Shown here piece by piece: positions 60,301-64,000 of a stretch of 64,000 bases of DNA. How positions within the stretch are numbered: position 1 is the stretch's first letter; each line of letters begins with the position of its first letter. This DNA comes from Staphylococcus phage vB_SauM-UFV_DC4, in the sequence record MZ779063.1; one strand, 5' to 3'. The notes below the pieces were generated by a model. It did no database searches, had not been told where the DNA came from, and was given only the letters and a program-made list of their open reading frames with translations. Position numbers and translations under genes: made by a program.

Positions 60301-63262
60301 ATGCCAAAGGAGCCATCAATAACATAGAAGCTCCGCCAACAACTTTTTTAATCAATCCTCCAAAGCCACTTGATTTTTCTTCCATAGCCATATCAGTTTG
60401 ATCTCCAAAGCTTTTAGCCATACCTGTAGTTTTCTGAACCATATTCATACCTAAACCAAATGCCGGTTTTACAATTGATTTATATAATCCCATTCCAGCT
60501 AATCCCAATAAAGGAGTAGAAGCTAATAATGGATTATCTTTAATAAAACCACCTATAATTGAAGATTTATCTAAAGAACCATTCATTTTAGTATCAACTG
60601 AAGGATCAACTGCAAAATTTTCTCCACCAGGTTGAGTTGAATCTAATTTTTCTTGTTCTTTTTTAGTCTTAGAAGGGTGATCATTGAATCCAATAATACT
60701 ACCTAATGTCTTAATTGGGTGTTTTAAAGATTCAATAGGGTTGGCTATAGTTCTAATAATGTCTGGGCCAGCTAATGCTAATGATGCAATTTGTCCAACT
60801 ACAGGAATAGCATTTACACCAACACGAGCACCTACTTTAGCTCCTGCTTTAAGTAATCCTTTACCTATAGCTTTTTTAGCACCTTTTCCAGCAGCCATTT
60901 TAGCAGCTCTAGCTTTAAGTTTCCCTTTAAGTCTACTACCTGCACCGGCCATTAAAGCACCACCGGCAGCAAATTTACCAGTTAAAGAACCACCCATACT
61001 AGTTATTTTACCACCTAATTTAGTATTAGATAATTTACCTATTTTTTCTTTAACAAGGTCTTTACCTTTATTTTTATATTTATCAAATTTTTCTTTGACA
61101 TGTTTATTACTATCAATAAGATCTTGAACGTCTCCTACTTTATCTGCAAAATCTTTATCATCTGAAGTGTCAGAAGCTTTCGTTTGTCCATTTTCTAAAG
61201 TTTGTTCATTAGGAATAATAGTAGATCTATTATCCTCATCATTAATATTATCATTTCTTCTTGTACTATCAGATTGTCTACTTTGATTTGGACTAGAAGA
61301 TGTTGTAGAAGTATTTTTATTTAAAGTTTGTTCTCTAGGATCTATTTCTCTAGAAACATTTTCATTAGGTTGATTTACATCACTAATTATACCACTTGAA
61401 TTTTTATCACTAGAATTACTACTATATCTTTGTTCAGGTATTTTATTATTTATTCTAGATACAATTTGTTTAATTTCACTTATATCTTTATTAACGATAT
61501 TAAAGCTAATATTATCATATACTGTATCTTTATTAGTGCTAAGAATACCGCTTCTATTTTCATTATTTAATTTAGAAGTAATATTTTTAGAAATACCTTT
61601 TCTTTGATTTTCATCATTAAGAGCATTTATAGAACTACTAGATAATCTCTTCTTAATATCTTTAGATTCTTTATTTAATTGCATTCTAGTTTTAGTTAAA
61701 CTAGTTTTAGCTTCTTTATCATTAAATAATTTATCTAGAAGAATATTAAATGGATCATTAGGATCATTTGATTTAATTTGATCAAGTTCATTGCTTTTAT
61801 TAATATTTTTAGAAATGATTTCTTTAATCTTAGATGTAGCTTTATTTTTATTATCTTCATTACTGAAAAGATCAATACCCATTTCAGAAGCTATATTTTC
61901 AAATTCTTTAGTAAAACTAGATTCTTTGATAGTTTTATTAACTTTTTCTTCTATATCATCTTTAATAGACTTGGAAGTTTTAAATGAACCTGAATCATAG
62001 TCATAATGAATTTCTTGTCCATCTTCTGAAGTTAAACCAACTATTTTAGATAGATAACCAGGTATAACTGTATTAAGCGTATTATGAGTTTCCACATCAA
62101 AAGCAACTTTTTGATGTCTGTCTTTTCTGTTAGCAGTTGATATACCACCAGTTACACTATCAAATATTTTGTCAATTAATTTACTTTTACCTGATTTAAC
62201 ATCTTCAAGAAGATCATCTCTTCTTTTATCTCTTTTTCTTTGTTTATCACCATTATCATTATCACTAAAAGGACTAAATTTCTTATTAGCAAATTTACCA
62301 ACAGCTTTTTCTATGAAAGTATTTTCATTATTAAGAAAATCAAAAGCTTTACCTTTAGCTACATCAACTAAACCTAAACTTTTAATACCTTGTTTTTTAG
62401 AACCAATAACTTCTTTAAGTAATTCAGTTCCTTGTTTTTTAATAAAGTCTTTAGCTTTATCTTTGAATCCTTCTTCTTGAGATCCTTCTAATATACTTGA
62501 TAAAGTTATATTAGATAAGAATAGATCTTCTAATGAATTACTATTTTTAATTTCAGATATATTCTTAATTTTAGTATTCTGTCTAATAGCATTACTAGTT
62601 TGAATTAAACCATTTAAGTTTTGGAACATACTTTCTCTAATACTATCGTTAGCTTCTCTCATTAAATTAAGATTATCAATCATAGAAGTAAATCCGGTAG
62701 TATTTATTTGAGAAAGATTAGATACAGAAGAAGTTAATAGAGCTGTAGATTTAGCAGAAGAACCACCATCATTAATAACTGTTGTAGAAGATACTATTTT
62801 AGATTTATTATCATCTTCTTCATCAAAGTCATCAAATTCAAAATCTCCATCTAAAGAATCATCTGTGTCAGAATCCATATCTGAAAAACTATCATCAAAA
62901 CCAAAATCTTCAAAATCACCACCGATATCCATACCCATGTTATTGAAGTCTTTTAGTGATCCTTTATCTTGGATAGTTTCTCCAGTTTTAAAGGTATTTT
63001 TAGTAGATTCTAAAGCTTCTTTAGATAAATCTTTAGTAGATTCACTTATCTTTTGTAATTGTTTTTTCTTTTTATTCTTTAATTCTTTGACAGCTTTTAA
63101 TGGATTATTTTGATCCATCATACGTTTCATGTCATTAGACTTCATTTTATTTAAATTTTTGTTAAATTCAATATCTATATATTTTCTAGAAGATTTAGAG
63201 GAGGAGTTATTTCTAAACTCCTTCTCTATCTTGCTAGTGTTAAATTTCTTATCTCTAGCCAA
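57374..63262 (-). CDS. Tail tape-measure protein (1962 aa) with an embedded lysozyme-like domain, an NlpC/P60-CHAP-like cysteine peptidase domain, and a C-terminal Gly/Asn collagen-like repeat.
   Basis: Gly/Ala-rich amphipathic TM-like segments GGKITSMGGSLTGKFAAGGALMAGAG are typical of TMPs. The lysozyme-like block is GNFAHESGMKADRVQGD...GYGIGIAQWDNTRRQ. The peptidase block has NSFDCSSLIARAY and IEHVTMYIGG with a Cys...His pair. Confidence 0.7.
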   Translation of the reverse strand: MARDKKFNTSKIEKEFRNNSSSKSSRKYIDIEFNKNLNKMKSNDMKRMMDQNNPLKAVKELKNKKKKQLQKISESTKDLSKEALESTKNTFKTGETIQDKGSLKDFNNMGMDIGGDFEDFGFDDSFSDMDSDTDDSLDGDFEFDDFDEEDDNKSKIVSSTTVINDGGSSAKSTALLTSSVSNLSQINTTGFTSMIDNLNLMREANDSIRESMFQNLNGLIQTSNAIRQNTKIKNISEIKNSNSLEDLFLSNITLSSILEGSQEEGFKDKAKDFIKKQGTELLKEVIGSKKQGIKSLGLVDVAKGKAFDFLNNENTFIEKAVGKFANKKFSPFSDNDNGDKQRKRDKRRDDLLEDVKSGKSKLIDKIFDSVTGGISTANRKDRHQKVAFDVETHNTLNTVIPGYLSKIVGLTSEDGQEIHYDYDSGSFKTSKSIKDDIEEKVNKTIKESSFTKEFENIASEMGIDLFSNEDNKNKATSKIKEIISKNINKSNELDQIKSNDPNDPFNILLDKLFNDKEAKTSLTKTRMQLNKESKDIKKRLSSSSINALNDENQRKGISKNITSKLNNENRSGILSTNKDTVYDNISFNIVNKDISEIKQIVSRINNKIPEQRYSSNSSDKNSSGIISDVNQPNENVSREIDPREQTLNKNTSTTSSSPNQSRQSDSTRRNDNINDEDNRSTIIPNEQTLENGQTKASDTSDDKDFADKVGDVQDLIDSNKHVKEKFDKYKNKGKDLVKEKIGKLSNTKLGGKITSMGGSLTGKFAAGGALMAGAGSRLKGKLKARAAKMAAGKGAKKAIGKGLLKAGAKVGARVGVNAIPVVGQIASLALAGPDIIRTIANPIESLKHPIKTLGSIIGFNDHPSKTKKEQEKLDSTQPGGENFAVDPSVDTKMNGSLDKSSIIGGFIKDNPLLASTPLLGLAGMGLYKSIVKPAFGLGMNMVQKTTGMAKSFGDQTDMAMEEKSSGFGGLIKKVVGGASMLLMAPLALAGKGLSNLTGMTSMLLQGGTGLIKSGWGWLKDKFSSHEEEMGNMSKEMTEASKEELSSYQEGIEGEASDRAKKEIAEMQGMSDKASKDAKKQVEESAGKTRDSIKKDVDGAMKDSPLSVMGRIGHQMNKLMPKNLMSKLKKTPKKLAETMMRMSPFYSLLSKKKKKKSKLDINEPGGEVVNTIGDWFDKLGGMMNDIMAGFMAGSGSSSSSSASSSGSDAAGIEGEGAEKIWNFLKDKGLSNEQVAGVLGNFAHESGMKADRVQGDAKFDEAKANSAISGYGIGIAQWDNTRRQGLMKYAKEKGKKWSDLDLQLDYLWKELSGSESAALSHLKTTKTVEQAAASWVSKYERAGVPALGSRISSGNAFIKKFSGSDKKSTKKKGGGAGGGGAGSVIADTNDISKFSNMVSSTSGKNKSSRRTGIIKGNPPIQRGGGGGGSQKAKIDKAVAWAKKQVGAKYSQPNRQGANSFDCSSLIARAYVKAGLDMDKNATTHSFWNGDTPFKKIKAKSPKDLKPGDIILCDNIEHVTMYIGGGKQVEANGVDGVVINSANKYKNPKWGIDGYMRYGEGGSDSGSSSDESSESGDSPGASEYSFKNGTWYGSITGRDDNRMDEEEQEALNDRLMKRYAQIYGIDYEEAKKIDQEQQEKLKSEAGKKKSESGSSGSDGEDGESGDSGSSGSSGSSGSDGQSGANGQDGSSSSMPNQSQQQGSGSSSGGSTVINNGGNTNSTIVNNNYTSPGTTTNNSTTHQTIQGDNNTVRNIYNITNNYNNSTVSYKNGPMKVDKQKRMDLDEITKHTSNIDKNTAKMLDQLRKMSFKGNNTTINKGDNIFNNTTINNKGDLVDSKGNVIIKEINKEIDRIIKDNLQNNPDIINGANGNNGSNGNTGNNGQNGNNGANGNNGNNNGNVIVNPNDPYNPGTGGNNGNGSTIIINPGNNNGPSQGDSDLQEAINRAYGDQFNIDVRSAIPVFSGK
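57480..57700 (-). repeat. Tandem roughly 9-bp (ccattatt[a/t]) repeats encoding (G-N-N/G-Q-N) collagen-like triplets at the tape-measure C-terminus.
   Basis: Periodic ccattattaccattattgccattagctccattgtttccattttgtcc seen directly in the sequence. Confidence 0.55.
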
Positions 63263-63285
63263 TTATTAGTTCCACCTCCTGCTAT

Positions 63286-64000
63286 CTATTTCAATTCTTC
63301 TAATAAACGGTCTAATTCTTTAGTAGATGCTAATGTATTTTTATCTATATTAGCTAACATTCTTACTAAATCATCTGAATACCATAATTTTTCATAATCA
63401 TAAGTATAACCAGAGTTACCATTTTCAATTTTAGAATTTTTATGATTGTTTACAATTTTATTATAATGGTTAGTTACTCGGTTTTTACCTTTTATAAATT
63501 CTTTATTCACATTTTCATTATTAATGACATTACTTTGTCCATTTTGATAATTGTTATTAACTGTTTTAGTATTTTTACTACCTTGATTGTTAACAGCATT
63601 ATTACCTCTATTAATATTAGAAAAACCACTATTAGCTAATGTTGGTAATTGGAATACCGGAGGATTTCCGATATTCTTATTATTAGTTATTTGAGATCTT
63701 GATTCTTGTGGTTTAGATGGCGATGCTGAAGAATCAGAACTATCTGAAGATTCTTCATCTCCAGAATCTTCACTTCCAGATCCTGATGAACCTGATTCAG
63801 ATTTCTTCTTACCGGCTTCAGATTTTTTCTTTTCTTGTTGTTCTTGATCGATCTTTTTAGCTTCTTCATAGTCAATACCGTATATCTGAGCATAACGTTT
63901 CATTAATCTATCATTTAATTCTTCTTGCTCGTCTTCATCCATACGGTTATCATCACGACCAGTTATTGAACCATACCAAGTACCATTTTTGAAACTATAT
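63286..64000 (-). CDS. C-terminal part of a tape-measure-paralogous lysin-module gene. The true start lies beyond the window end; the Met at 63942 is internal.
   Basis: The reading frame stays open to nt 64000 and encodes ...YSFKNGTWYGSITGRDDNRMDEDEQEELNDRLMKRYAQIYGIDYEEAKK, nearly identical to the tape-measure segment that follows its peptidase domain. Confidence 0.55.
   Translation of the reverse strand, partial: YSFKNGTWYGSITGRDDNRMDEDEQEELNDRLMKRYAQIYGIDYEEAKKIDQEQQEKKKSEAGKKKSESGSSGSGSEDSGDEESSDSSDSSASPSKPQESRSQITNNKNIGNPPVFQLPTLANSGFSNINRGNNAVNNQGSKNTKTVNNNYQNGQSNVINNENVNKEFIKGKNRVTNHYNKIVNNHKNSKIENGNSGYTYDYEKLWYSDDLVRMLANIDKNTLASTKELDRLLEELK

Noticed and set aside
63942-63942. Met start of the 218-aa ORF at 63286-63942
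   Set aside because: The frame continues open upstream to the window edge, and it encodes sequence homologous to the tape-measure protein. The Met is therefore internal and not the true start.
1-64000. tRNA, rRNA or CRISPR content
   Set aside because: No T-loop GGTTCGAATCC-like motifs, no rRNA-like GC-rich blocks and no regularly spaced direct repeats with unique spacers were seen.

Overview
This 64 kb window looks like a contiguous piece of a tailed, contractile (myovirus-type) bacteriophage genome. It is very AT-rich (about 27-30% GC by eye), and its long ORFs are uninterrupted in the standard code; the Firmicutes-like codon usage and the class Ib RNR operon would suit a low-GC Firmicute host, but no host can be assigned from sequence alone. 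There is no rRNA, tRNA, CRISPR array, integrase or transposase. Gene density is high, and transcription units on alternating strands are separated by GC-rich hairpin terminators. Most of these share a CCCCTAA-type stem.

Modules in order:
1. An early or host-takeover-like block on the + strand, 64-8503. It contains many small ORFs, a lipoprotein, a P-loop protein, a tandem array of at least 7 paralogs sharing a C-terminal 'EKEYKK-LVKE-F[KIL]' tail, and a hyper-acidic protein.
2. A minus-strand tail-fibre block, 8573-24574. It holds a 998-aa fibre, an embedded RusA-like resolvase, three consecutive membrane proteins, and a 2662-aa giant fibre carrying four tandem lectin-like modules that end in W-x-P-x-PED.
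3. An island of unknown genes, an AT-rich iteron/operator region at 27556-28013, and a large + strand protein of 847 aa.
4. A lysis region with a PG_binding_1 protein, an amidase_2-like protein and a small 1-TM ORF.
5. The head module: a prohead-protease-like gene on the minus strand, scaffold-like acidic proteins, a major capsid protein with a highly-expressed-gene codon bias, a HEIGH-motif membrane metalloprotease and a T4 gp17-like large terminase.
6. A class Ib ribonucleotide reductase operon, nrdH-nrdI-nrdE-nrdF, sitting between the terminase and the sheath.
7. A 1050-aa tail sheath and a putative tail tube.
8. A minus-strand block with two large tail or baseplate proteins and a 1962-aa tape-measure protein carrying a lysozyme-like and an NlpC/P60-CHAP-like muralytic domain. 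It is preceded by a paralogous lysin-module gene that runs off the window end and shares a repeat of at least 220 bp with the tape-measure gene.

All functional calls rest on motifs read by eye and on gene order. No database search was possible.
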